NCBI GenBank assembly: GCA_963705505.1
Contig: CAVPJU010000006.1
Span: forward strand, 320,001-384,000
From: an uncultured bacterium
GTDB taxonomy: Bacteria; Desulfobacterota_D; UBA1144; Nemesobacterales; UBA2774
Length of the DNA: 64,000 nt
Reading direction: 5' to 3'
In this document: positions 50,119-59,516 of the stretch, piece after piece
How positions within the stretch are numbered: position 1 is the first letter of the stretch
Layout of the letters: every line of letters begins with the position of its first letter
Notes under the pieces: generated by a model
The model's database searches: none
Told to the model about the DNA's origin: nothing
What the model saw: only the letters and a program-made list of their open reading frames with translations
Position numbers and translations under genes: made by a program

Positions 50119-51384
50119 ATGAACAAATTAAGCGGAATTTTTCTTATAGTAAGGAAGAGCCTGATCCATCATAAGCTGTCGACGGTCGTGACTGTTATCT
50201 CAGTGGCGCTCGCAGCGGGCCTCGTCATGTCCGTATTCTGCATAAGAAATCAGACCTATGATGCGTTTACGGGGGGTCCCGTCGGATTCGACGCTGTGCT
50301 CGGGGCACGCGGCAGTCAGCTGCAGCTCGTATTGAATGCGGTATTTCACCTCGAAACATCTCCCGGAAATATTCCCTGGGAAATGTATCAGGCGGTCAAA
50401 CGAAATCCGAACGTCGTGCTCGCTATCCCCTATGCGGTCGGAGACAATTACAGGGGCTGGAGGATCGTAGGGACGGACAATCAGTTATTTACGGACTTCG
50501 AATACCGTAAAGGAAAAAAATTCAAAGTCAGTCCGGGAGGCAGGCTTTTCGACCCTCAGAAAAAAGAAGCCGTCGTCGGCAGCTACGTCGCAGACAAGAC
50601 CGGCTTGAAGGTAGGCTCGAAATTCCACCCCTTCCACGGCCTGGTATTCGACGAAAGGATGCGCCACGAGGATGAGTACACAGTGGTCGGAGTCTTGGAA
50701 CCCACAAACTCACCTTCCGACAGGGTGGTCTGGATACCGATCGAGGAATTCTACCGTATGTCGGGACACGTGCTCAGGGGTGCGGGAGACGTTTACACGC
50801 CTGTCGCGGGACAAGAAATACCCGATAAAGACAAGGAAGTGAGCGCCGTAATGCTGAAGCTAAAAAATCCGCAGGCGGGGTTCTTACTCGATCAGACGAT
50901 AAACAAGCAGGGAAAAGTCGCCACTCTCGCGTGGCCGATAGGAAAAGTCATGGCAGATCTGTTCGGAAAAATAGGATGGGTGAACAATATCCTGACTCTC
51001 GTCGCATATCTCGTCGTTGTCGTTGCGGCAGGGTCCATACTGGCGAGCATATACAACACTATGAATGAAAGGAAACGGGAATTCGCGATTCTCAGGGCGC
51101 TCGGAGCGAGGAGAAATACGGTATTTACGGCGATAGTTACAGAATCGGCATCGATAGCGCTAATGGGAACTTTATTTGGGTACCTGGTCTATGGAGCAAT
51201 TTTAACCGGAGCGGCTGTGATCGTAAGGGAGCAAACGGGCGTTGCGCTCGACATATTCCAGTTTAACTGGGTGCTGATTATAAATCCGGTCGTCATGGTT
51301 CTGCTGGGCGCCGGGGCCGGGATAATCCCCGCCGTAAAAGCATACTCCACGGATGTCGCGACTAATCTAGCGCCCTCTTCCTGA
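50119..51384 (+). CDS. MacB/FtsX-family ABC permease (ZrgC-like)
   Basis: DAVLGARGSQLQLVLNAVFH, GDNYRGWRIVGT, FHPFHG..H....YTVVGVL.PT, ERKREFAILRALGA. Confidence 0.88.
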   Translation: MNKLSGIFLIVRKSLIHHKLSTVVTVISVALAAGLVMSVFCIRNQTYDAFTGGPVGFDAVLGARGSQLQLVLNAVFHLETSPGNIPWEMYQAVKRNPNVVLAIPYAVGDNYRGWRIVGTDNQLFTDFEYRKGKKFKVSPGGRLFDPQKKEAVVGSYVADKTGLKVGSKFHPFHGLVFDERMRHEDEYTVVGVLEPTNSPSDRVVWIPIEEFYRMSGHVLRGAGDVYTPVAGQEIPDKDKEVSAVMLKLKNPQAGFLLDQTINKQGKVATLAWPIGKVMADLFGKIGWVNNILTLVAYLVVVVAAGSILASIYNTMNERKREFAILRALGARRNTVFTAIVTESASIALMGTLFGYLVYGAILTGAAVIVREQTGVALDIFQFNWVLIINPVVMVLLGAGAGIIPAVKAYSTDVATNLAPSS

Positions 51385-51429
51385 GGAGAAACGATGGCTT
51401 CAGCGAATAATCTTACAGAGAGGTCAAGT

Positions 51430-51888
51430 ATGAAACAGTTAATCGCGGTATTTTTAGCTCTCTTGTTCTCGGCTTCGGCTCTAAGCGCACACGAACATCA
51501 CGCCCCGCACGGGGGGACTTTAGTCGAGTTCGGTGAGGAATTCGCGCACCTGGAGCTTGTCCTGGATCCCGGGACAGGGACCCTGACCGGCTATTCTCTC
51601 GACGGGGAAGCTGAAAATCCTGTACGCATAGAGCAGGATGATATAGAGATTCGAATCACGGCTGTAAACACGCAAGGCGTAGGAGAGGGTAAAATAATCT
51701 ATACTTTAAAATTAGAGGCTGTGCCGAACGTTCTCACGGGCGAGACACTGGGCGACACTTCCGAATTTACCGCCCAATCGGATAAATTGAAGGGTGCACA
51801 GAACTTCGACGGGGTTATTTCAGCTATAAATATTAAGGGACAAAGTTTCAAAGATGTTAAATTCAGGTTTCCAGAGGGAAATGAGTAA
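51430..51888 (+). CDS. Periplasmic His-rich putative metal-binding protein
   Basis: Signal peptide ending ALSA, then HEHHAPHGGTLVEFGEEFAHLELV. Confidence 0.7.
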   Translation: MKQLIAVFLALLFSASALSAHEHHAPHGGTLVEFGEEFAHLELVLDPGTGTLTGYSLDGEAENPVRIEQDDIEIRITAVNTQGVGEGKIIYTLKLEAVPNVLTGETLGDTSEFTAQSDKLKGAQNFDGVISAINIKGQSFKDVKFRFPEGNE

Positions 51889-51893
51889 ATCAT

Positions 51894-52445
51894 TTGAAGA
51901 GAACCGATCTCATCAGGAGCAACAAATTGAATGATAGGAAACGCATAAACTGGAACAGGATAATAACAAAAGCCCTTGTAGTCTGCAGTATTCTGTTCTT
52001 GCCCATACTCGGTATTCATTACAGACCCACCCCGAGTTTCGATTATTCCGCTGTGAATGCGCTTGAAACTGAAAACGGGGCGATAAAAGTCGACTTCGAT
52101 TTCCTGGGAGGGTTCGACTACGAAAAAGAAGAGAAAATTCCGGAAAAGGTTAAAGACCTTAACGGTAAAACGATCAAAGTGATCGGATTTATGCTGCCCA
52201 TCGATTTTGACTCGGGTGTGGTCAAGAGCTTTATGTTACTCAAGAATCAGATGGGGTGCTGCTTCGGAATAATGCCGAGGGTAAATGATTTTGTATACGT
52301 GGAAATGCCTGAAGGACAAAGTGCAAAGTATATCATGGACACTCCCCTGAGAGTCACAGGCAGGCTCGAAGTCGTCAAAGAGAACCTCGTGGGCGGACTA
52401 TATTCAATGACCGCAGACAAGGTGGAGGTCTTTAAGAATTATTGA
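51894..52445 (+). CDS. DUF3299 (ZrgD-like) OB-fold membrane protein
   Basis: LNGKTIKVIGFMLP, FMLL....GCCFG..P..N..VYV, P.RVTG.L, LYSM. Confidence 0.8.
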   Translation: MKRTDLIRSNKLNDRKRINWNRIITKALVVCSILFLPILGIHYRPTPSFDYSAVNALETENGAIKVDFDFLGGFDYEKEEKIPEKVKDLNGKTIKVIGFMLPIDFDSGVVKSFMLLKNQMGCCFGIMPRVNDFVYVEMPEGQSAKYIMDTPLRVTGRLEVVKENLVGGLYSMTADKVEVFKNY

Positions 52446-52698
52446 GTGCTTCAAGCGGGATAGACTCGTCTATAAGCAATATCGGTATTTCGTCTCTGAT
52501 CGGATAAAGGTATTTCCGGTCTTCTTTCCGTATAAGCCCCCCGTCGATCTTCTCAGAAACCCTTTGTTTTGACCTGTTCAGCAGCTCGCCCTTTTCTATA
52601 AGCAGGTTTATTCTTTCAACAATCTCGGGCTCTGCAATGACCAGGTCCTGCTTTGTTTCGGGACAGGCTATTATGTCAAGCAATTCCTTGTCTATCAT
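52432..52698 (-). CDS. Trm112/UPF0434-like protein
   Basis: MIDKELLDIIACP...YPIRDEIPILLIDE. Confidence 0.85.
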   Translation of the reverse strand: MIDKELLDIIACPETKQDLVIAEPEIVERINLLIEKGELLNRSKQRVSEKIDGGLIRKEDRKYLYPIRDEIPILLIDESIPLEALNNS

Positions 52699-52806
52699 AA
52701 TTTACCCGGGGCAGTCAATTTCGGCTAAAAAAAATTTTACTGGTATCGAGCGCCTTAATCATTAGAATACATATATGAAGATTAAATGCAAAAGGAGCAT
52801 AAAAAC

Positions 52807-53610
52807 ATGAATAAAGTTTCTCTGATTTTACTGTTTTTCGCAGCTATTCTGATCGGCTCGGCAGCCGGGACAACTGCAGCACCCGGTGCGGGGGATAATG
52901 AAATAAAGATCGAAGCCGTTCCGAACTCTCCCGCTTTCCCCGGAGCAAAGGCACGGTTCGCCTCGCTCAAAGACGGAGACGTGCTCAAAAACCCCAACGT
53001 CTCGGTCGTAGTCGATGTCGAAAATTACGTGCTCGGGGTGCAGACCGATAACGAAAGAGCGAAGGAAATAATGAATTCGAAGGAAGGACAGCACGCCCAC
53101 ATAATACTGGATAACGGCCCCTATCTGGCGGACTACACATCGGGGAAGCCTTTTAAAATTGGGGTGCTTACAGAAGGCCCCCATACATTGATAGTTTTTC
53201 CGAGCCGCTCTTATCACGAGAGTGTGAAATCGCCCGAGGCTGCCGATATAGTCAATTTCTATGTCGGTAAGAAAGAAGGGGAATTCCTTATGGATAAATC
53301 CAAGCCGGCCATCATCTACAGCAGACCCAAGGGGAAATACGAGGGAGCCGGCGCTGAGAAGGTCATGCTCGACTTTTATCTCAATAACGTCGAGCTCAGC
53401 CCCGACGGATACAAAGCGAAGTACACGGTGAGGAAAAAGGATTCGGCGGGTGAAGTTACCTCGATCATTCTTACGGATTGGACCCCCGCATTCGTGACCG
53501 GACTCACGACCGGGGATTATGTCATAACTCTTCAGCTCCTGGATAAAGACGGGAACGTCGTCGAAGGACCCTTCAACAATGTGGAAAGGGTGATCAGTGT
53601 TGTGAGGTGA
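52807..53610 (+). CDS. Secreted hypothetical protein with two beta-sandwich-like domains and His motifs
   Basis: Signal peptide; GQHAHIILDN.PY, G.HTL..FPSRSYHESVK, IIYSRPKG.Y, LDFYL.N. Confidence 0.65.
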   Translation: MNKVSLILLFFAAILIGSAAGTTAAPGAGDNEIKIEAVPNSPAFPGAKARFASLKDGDVLKNPNVSVVVDVENYVLGVQTDNERAKEIMNSKEGQHAHIILDNGPYLADYTSGKPFKIGVLTEGPHTLIVFPSRSYHESVKSPEAADIVNFYVGKKEGEFLMDKSKPAIIYSRPKGKYEGAGAEKVMLDFYLNNVELSPDGYKAKYTVRKKDSAGEVTSIILTDWTPAFVTGLTTGDYVITLQLLDKDGNVVEGPFNNVERVISVVR

Positions 53611-53901
53611 TTGAGCTGTCGATATGTGAAGCTTAATTACAGGGGAACCCGGGTTGTAGGACCATGCGCACGGCTAGTCGTTATCCCCCGTGCAACAAAA
53701 GATTGCGGCGGTGGGAGGAAGCCCGATAAATCCCGCCATACTGGAATTAGCATCGGTCTATACTGAAACCTGCTTATATCATTAATATTATTTTGTTCCG
53801 CATGTGCCGGAAATTATGTCTTTATTTTAGTGACGGGTTTACAAAATTTATTATTGTGGAATAATTAATGGCTTCCTGAAAGAAATGATGAGGTGATAGA
53901 G

Positions 53902-54141
53902 ATGTCTCAGAAATGCATGATAACCGGAAAGAGCCCCCTCGTAGGGAACAACGTTTCACATGCCAATAACAAGGTAAAACGCCGCCAGAACCCGAACCTC
54001 CAGTGGAAACACGTTTTCGTGCCGGAGCTCGACCGCAACGTGAGAATCCGGGTTTCGACGCGAGCCATAAGGACAATCAATAAAAAGGGACTTTCCGCCT
54101 TCCTCAAGGACAACGGTCTCACGCTGAAGGACCTGATTTAA
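53902..54141 (+). CDS. rpmB: 50S ribosomal protein bL28 (zinc ribbon absent)
   Basis: MSQKCMITGK...GNNVSHANNK.KRR..PNLQ...RVSTRAIRTI.K.G; SD GAGGTGA. Confidence 0.96.
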   Translation: MSQKCMITGKSPLVGNNVSHANNKVKRRQNPNLQWKHVFVPELDRNVRIRVSTRAIRTINKKGLSAFLKDNGLTLKDLI

Positions 54142-54195
54142 ATCCCGATATAAAACACTGGAATTTCCACCGGCCACGATTATATTAATTATCGT

Positions 54196-54615
54196 ATGTC
54201 TATAAATACAAGACTCAGAGAGGGCCGCTACATCTTTAGGGCAGCTCAACGGGCAAAAAATATATTGAGCGATGAGAGCACAGTGAGGGATCTCATAGGC
54301 TCGGCCTCAGCCAAAATAGAATCCGGCGGCAGCAGATTAACATCCATGAAGAACGACCTCGGGACGCTTCTCGAGCTTCTTAAAGCCTGGATAAGCGGTG
54401 ATTACAGGGAGCTGCCCTGGACGAGTTTACTGATGGTGACAGGCGCGGTTATCTATTTCGTAAACCCCTTTGACGCAATCCCCGACATTCTGCCCGCATC
54501 AGGGCTTCTCGATGACGCGGGCGTGATAGGCTTCGTACTGGCGTCCATGAAGAGCGATATCGAGAATTTCAGGAAGTGGCAATCAAACGCGATATCCCCT
54601 GACGCCTCTTTTTAA
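54196..54615 (+). CDS. YkvA/DUF1232 family membrane protein
   Basis: GDYRELPW...GAVIYFVNPFDAIPDILP..GLLDD. Confidence 0.88.
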   Translation: MSINTRLREGRYIFRAAQRAKNILSDESTVRDLIGSASAKIESGGSRLTSMKNDLGTLLELLKAWISGDYRELPWTSLLMVTGAVIYFVNPFDAIPDILPASGLLDDAGVIGFVLASMKSDIENFRKWQSNAISPDASF

Positions 54616-54640
54616 TCGAGACAGCCGGCTTACTAACCTT

Positions 54641-56596
54641 TTAACTCTCGAGATGCTCGAATTCTTCCCTGAGGTGCTGAACCACAGACTGGTCGGCAAG
54701 TGTCGTCGTATCCCCGAGAACCGTCCCTTCGGCAATGTTTCGCAGGAGCCTCCTCATTATCTTTCCGCTCCTCGTTTTAGGGAGCTCCGCCGTGAATATA
54801 ATTTCGTCGGGCCTCGCAATCGCCCCTATCTTTTTTGTCACATGCGCCCTTAATTCCTCCACGAGGTCCTTATCGAACTTGACGCTTTTCTTAAGTGTAG
54901 TGAATGCGACTATGGCCTGCCCCTTCAGCTCATCGTTCCTGCCGATCACAGCGGCCTCGGCGACAGAATGATGATCGACGAGGGCGCTCTCAACCTCCAT
55001 CGTGCTGATCCTGTGCCCCGCGACGTTCATGACGTCGTCGACCCTGCCTAGAAGCCAGAAATAACCGTCTCCGTCCCTTTTAGCGCCGTCACCCGTAAAA
55101 TAGACGCCCGGGAACCTGCTCCAATACTGGTCCACGTAGCGTTGCGGGTCGCCGTAAATGGTCCTCAGCATAGAGGGCCACGGACCCCTTATAACGAGGT
55201 AGCCCGCGCCTTCTTTAATTGACTTGCCCTTTTCGTCGACTATATCCGCCTCGATGCCCGGGAACGGCGTAGTCGCGGAGGCCGGCTTTAATTTTGTAAT
55301 TCCCGGCAGCGGCGTAATGAGTATCGACCCCGTCTCGGTCTGCCACCACGTATCGACGATAGGACATTTGCTATTGCCGATATTGATGTAATACCACATC
55401 CAGGCCTCGGGGTTTATCGGCTCCCCTACGGAGCCCAGCAGACGGAGCGAGCTCAGGTCGTATTTTTTCGGGTATTCCTCACCCCACCTCATAAAAGTCC
55501 TGATCGCGGTAGGGGCCGTATAAAAGATATTCACGCGGTATTTTTCGACAATCTCCCAGAACCTGCCTATATCCGGATAGTCGGGCGCGCCTTCGTACAT
55601 GAGAGACGTAGCGCCGTTAGCCAGGGGGCCGTAGATGATATAGCTGTGCCCCGTCACCCACCCGATGTCGGCGGTGCACCAGTAAGTATCCTCCTCCTTT
55701 AAGTCGAATACCCATTTGGTAGTGGCGTAAACGCCGACGAGATAGCCGCCTGTCGTGTGGACTACCCCCTTGGGCTTCCCCGTAGTCCCGCTAGTATAGA
55801 GCATGAAGAGCATGTCTTCGCTGTCCATCTTCTCGGGCTCGCAATAGGAAGAGGCCTTTTCCATCAGCTCATGCCACCAGAAGTCCCTCCCTTTCTTCAT
55901 TTTGATTTCGGTTTTTTCGCCTACCCTCTTCACGACGACGACCTTTTCTATGCTCGGCGTATTTTTAAGCGCTTCGTCGGAATTCACCTTGAGAGGGACT
56001 ATCCCTCCCCTTCTGTACCCGCCGTCCGATGTTATGAGCACCCTGGCCTGTGAATCGTTTATCCTGTCCCTGAGGCTCTCCGCGCTGAACCCTCCGAATA
56101 CTATGCTGTGGGGAGCGCCGATCCTCGCGCAGGCGAGCATTGCGACCGCAAGCTCGGGGATCATCGGGAGGTAAATCGTTATCCTGTCTCCTTTATTAAC
56201 GCCGAGCCCCTTGAGCACGTTCGCAAACTTGTTGACCTCCCTGTAGAGCTCCCAGTATGTGAGCGTGACGCTCTCCCCGGATTCTGACTCCCAGATTATC
56301 GCGGCCTTATTCTTTCTGGCCGTATCTATATGCCTGTCGAGACAGTTGTATGAGACGTTCAGCTTGCCGCCTGTAAACCACTTGGCATGGGGAAGCTTCC
56401 ACTTGAGGACTTTTTTCCATTTCTTATACCAGTCGAGCTCTTTCGCAAAACTCTCCCAGAATTTTTCCCTGTCGCGAGCCGCTTTCTTATAGACCGACTC
56501 GCTCATAACAGCGGCGTTCTTCCTGAATTTCTTGGCGGGTGAAAATGTGCGGCCTTCCCTGAGTAAATCCTCTATCGTTTTTTGCGCATTAGCCAT
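54641..56596 (-). CDS. acs: Acetyl-CoA synthetase
   Basis: [59 protein letters not shown]. Confidence 0.96.
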   Translation of the reverse strand: MANAQKTIEDLLREGRTFSPAKKFRKNAAVMSESVYKKAARDREKFWESFAKELDWYKKWKKVLKWKLPHAKWFTGGKLNVSYNCLDRHIDTARKNKAAIIWESESGESVTLTYWELYREVNKFANVLKGLGVNKGDRITIYLPMIPELAVAMLACARIGAPHSIVFGGFSAESLRDRINDSQARVLITSDGGYRRGGIVPLKVNSDEALKNTPSIEKVVVVKRVGEKTEIKMKKGRDFWWHELMEKASSYCEPEKMDSEDMLFMLYTSGTTGKPKGVVHTTGGYLVGVYATTKWVFDLKEEDTYWCTADIGWVTGHSYIIYGPLANGATSLMYEGAPDYPDIGRFWEIVEKYRVNIFYTAPTAIRTFMRWGEEYPKKYDLSSLRLLGSVGEPINPEAWMWYYINIGNSKCPIVDTWWQTETGSILITPLPGITKLKPASATTPFPGIEADIVDEKGKSIKEGAGYLVIRGPWPSMLRTIYGDPQRYVDQYWSRFPGVYFTGDGAKRDGDGYFWLLGRVDDVMNVAGHRISTMEVESALVDHHSVAEAAVIGRNDELKGQAIVAFTTLKKSVKFDKDLVEELRAHVTKKIGAIARPDEIIFTAELPKTRSGKIMRRLLRNIAEGTVLGDTTTLADQSVVQHLREEFEHLES

Positions 56597-56885
56597 TCGG
56601 CGAACCCCCTTTAAGAATTACAATAGCAGTAAGATACTCAATACTAACAAAATTCGTGGGGGATTTGAACACTATTTTTTATCGGGCGAGCCGCGAGCTA
56701 TTACTCGATTGCCGGAAAACGCCGAATACGTTTATTACTCTATCTGTCGCCGGAATTTATCAGAACCTGTATTGCGTGCCGAAATTTAGATGTATCAGAT
56801 TTACAATACGGAAGATCCCCCTGTTCGCGGGGTAAGCACGGAAAAACTATTAATGTAAGGCGGACAGATAGAAAAACGAATTCCC

Positions 56886-58613
56886 CTATTTCGCCGTGTC
56901 GAAAGCGGGCGGCGGAAGGAGGGGCGGCTTTTCTTTTTTAGAAGACTCGCGCTGGAACTCCATCTCGGAGACGAGTATGCTGGGCGATACGGTGGACACG
57001 GGCACGTAACCCGATTCCGCGCCGCAGAACCCGTTGAAAACACCGTAGTCGTCGCCCGTCGCGATGATTTTATTCACTGTCACGATAGGGGTCCCGACGA
57101 TTTCGATGTCCCTTACCGGGGTCTCTTCTCCTGTCTTCGGATCGACCTTGTATAAAACGAGCGGCGTTCCTCTGAAAGCCTGGAAGTTATAGGAAGACGT
57201 ATTGGTCTCGCCCTCCTGCATGCTTTTTATAATGAGGCCGAACGGCTTATTCTGACGTTTTACCTCTTCGATCAGAAGCTCTTTCAGTTTCTCCTTCGGG
57301 TATTCCTTGGAGGACTCGATTATGGTGTTGCTCATCCTCGCCATGGGTGCCTGTCCGTAGGACGCTCTGCCGTGGCCGTTTGAATTCTGAAACCCTTTTA
57401 CCGGCGTCCTGGACAGGAGGAAGTTTTTAAGAACCCCATTTTCCACGAGCACCGTCCTCTGTCCGGGCACGCCCTGGTCATCGAACGGATAATAGCCCAT
57501 AAGGTAAGTTCCCTTAAAGCTCTTCATCGAGGGGTCGTCTATTATCGAAAGGAAGCCCGGTATTATCTTCTTCCCGACCTTTTCCTTGAAGGTCTGCCCC
57601 TCGTCGTCGTCTATCTGCCTTTCCCCTTCCAACCTGTGCCCCACCGCTTCGTGGAAGACCACTCCCGCAGCCTCGGGCTCGAGGAGAGCGGGTACGCTCA
57701 AAGGCGGGATAACTTCGGCCGCCTTCATTCTGAGGGTCTCTTCAACCATTCCCTTTATGGTCTTCTTTAATTCCTCTACGGGCGGTATATCCCCTTCGGT
57801 GACGTAGTAAAGATTCCTGTAGTTCTCGATAACCCTACCGTCGTCGGCCCTCGCCGAAACCTCGGCGTCTATCGAGTATAGAATTTCGTCCCTAAGATAT
57901 CGAGTGCCCTCGGTGTTTACGAAATAGACCGTTTCCTTCTGGGCAGAGACCGAGAGGTCGGCGTTGAGGAGATCCTTGTAATCTTTATAAATCGAAGAAA
58001 CCTCCCTCACCGTCTGCTCCCATTTCCCGGGGTCGAAGTCCAGAGTCAGCTCGGGACCGTAAAAGACGTTACTCTTTTCCCTTGTAAAGCTCCCGAAATC
58101 CTCCTCCTTTACCTGCTGCACATTTTCTGCCTTCTTATTCAGGTACTGGGCGAGCGCTTCCTTGTAAGCATAGTCTGTGACCTGCCAGAGGACGGTCCTG
58201 ATCGCATCGGGATCGTTATCCAGAGGCACGGAGGAAGCCCCGTCGAACGGAATCCCGCCCCCGGACCTGCCCTTGATGGAATTATCGAACCGGTAGTCTC
58301 CTACACGCACATCGACGAAAAGACGCCTTATCCTGGTCTTGTCGGATGTGACGATTGCACCGTACTTACCCTCTATATTGTAATAAGTGTTGTCCTTGAT
58401 CTGATAGCTGATGAAATAAGGGTTCTCGTAACCTTCGAGCTTGAGCTTTTTCTGAGACCTCGCGAGCTCATCCTTCATCGCACCGAGCACGACCATGTCG
58501 CCCCGCTGAGCCTGCTCCTGACCGGGACCCGCCGCTCGTACTCGAGGCGCAGAAATAATGAATATCAGGAATAAGATCTGTATAAGACCGTATATTTTTT
58601 GTTGTTTACTCAT
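56886..58613 (-). CDS. TldD/PmbA-family metallopeptidase with signal peptide
   Basis: FHEAVGHRLEG, DDQG, SNGHGR, RMSN, C-terminal GFCGAESG.VPV; N-terminal hydrophobic signal. Confidence 0.85.
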   Translation of the reverse strand: MSKQQKIYGLIQILFLIFIISAPRVRAAGPGQEQAQRGDMVVLGAMKDELARSQKKLKLEGYENPYFISYQIKDNTYYNIEGKYGAIVTSDKTRIRRLFVDVRVGDYRFDNSIKGRSGGGIPFDGASSVPLDNDPDAIRTVLWQVTDYAYKEALAQYLNKKAENVQQVKEEDFGSFTREKSNVFYGPELTLDFDPGKWEQTVREVSSIYKDYKDLLNADLSVSAQKETVYFVNTEGTRYLRDEILYSIDAEVSARADDGRVIENYRNLYYVTEGDIPPVEELKKTIKGMVEETLRMKAAEVIPPLSVPALLEPEAAGVVFHEAVGHRLEGERQIDDDEGQTFKEKVGKKIIPGFLSIIDDPSMKSFKGTYLMGYYPFDDQGVPGQRTVLVENGVLKNFLLSRTPVKGFQNSNGHGRASYGQAPMARMSNTIIESSKEYPKEKLKELLIEEVKRQNKPFGLIIKSMQEGETNTSSYNFQAFRGTPLVLYKVDPKTGEETPVRDIEIVGTPIVTVNKIIATGDDYGVFNGFCGAESGYVPVSTVSPSILVSEMEFQRESSKKEKPPLLPPPAFDTAK

Positions 58614-58715
58614 ACAATGAAAGGTTAGCCATGATAAGGAAGCATGTAAAGAATAGATCGCCAGGGGGCCAGTTAAAAAGGAGCGCGCAAAAACGTTGGC
58701 CCGCGAGCGCCCGGG

Positions 58716-59516
58716 CTATCTCAAATACATGAACACGATAATTACCGCGAGTATCAGGCGGTATATCACAAAGAGCGTATAGCTCTCCTTCCGGACGAAC
58801 CTGAGCAGGTACTTGATCGCAAGGTAAGAAAAAATGGCAGAAGCAAAAAAACCGGCGATAAACGGAGCGCTCGCCGCGTCGGCGTAAGAGAGGTGTCTTG
58901 ATTCGAAGATCCCCGCGCCCGCTATCAGGGGAGCAGCGAGAAGGAAGGAGAACTTAGCGGCTTCGTCCCGTTTAAAGTTCCTGAACATGGCTCCCGTGAT
59001 AGTAATCCCCGACCGCGAGACGCCGGGAATAATCGCCAGTGCCTGAGCGAGGCCGACTATTATACAGTCGGTCAGGTTCATTTCCTCAATCGATTTGAAT
59101 CTCCTCGAAAACCTGTCTGAAAAATAGAGGAGCAAGCCGAAAGCGGAAAGCGTGAACGCGATGGATAAGGGGTTGCGGAACAGTCCGGCTGCCTCTTTTT
59201 CGAAGAGGAACCCGGAAAGCGCTCCCGGAACCGTGCCTATCAGTATAAACATGCCGATCCTGCCGCTAGGCCGCCCCTCGAAGCTCCTCTCCGCCACGCT
59301 TTTCAAAAAGTCGCTTACTATAAGCATCCAGTCCCGCCAAAAAAATAAAATAATCGCAGCGAGACTCCCCACATGGAGCGCTACATCGAATGTAAGGCCC
59401 TGGTCTTTCCATGAAAAGAACCACGGGAGCAGCACGAGGTGAGCTGTGCTGCTTATCGGCAAAAACTCGGTAATCCCCTGTATCGCCCCCAGCACTATCG
59501 ACTGTATCAAGTCCAT
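58716..59516 (-). CDS. uppP: Undecaprenyl-diphosphate phosphatase
   Basis: QGITEFLPISSTAHL, DVALHVGS, AIIPGVSRSGITI, FVIYR. Confidence 0.96.
   Translation of the reverse strand: MDLIQSIVLGAIQGITEFLPISSTAHLVLLPWFFSWKDQGLTFDVALHVGSLAAIILFFWRDWMLIVSDFLKSVAERSFEGRPSGRIGMFILIGTVPGALSGFLFEKEAAGLFRNPLSIAFTLSAFGLLLYFSDRFSRRFKSIEEMNLTDCIIVGLAQALAIIPGVSRSGITITGAMFRNFKRDEAAKFSFLLAAPLIAGAGIFESRHLSYADAASAPFIAGFFASAIFSYLAIKYLLRFVRKESYTLFVIYRLILAVIIVFMYLR

Noticed and set aside
53640..53760. Structured-looking region (AGGGGAACCCGGG; hairpins GCACGG/CCGTGC and GGCGG-GGGA/TCCC-GCC) as a cobalamin riboswitch or 6S RNA
   Set aside because: Lacks the B12 box and CCC-GC-ACTGT elements and any long 6S-like rod; an Rfam search would be needed to say more.
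53902..54141. Zinc-free bL28 as a Zur-regulated paralog linked to the nearby cluster
   Set aside because: No copy of the 41304 operator upstream, and this C- form is the ordinary sole L28 in many bacteria.
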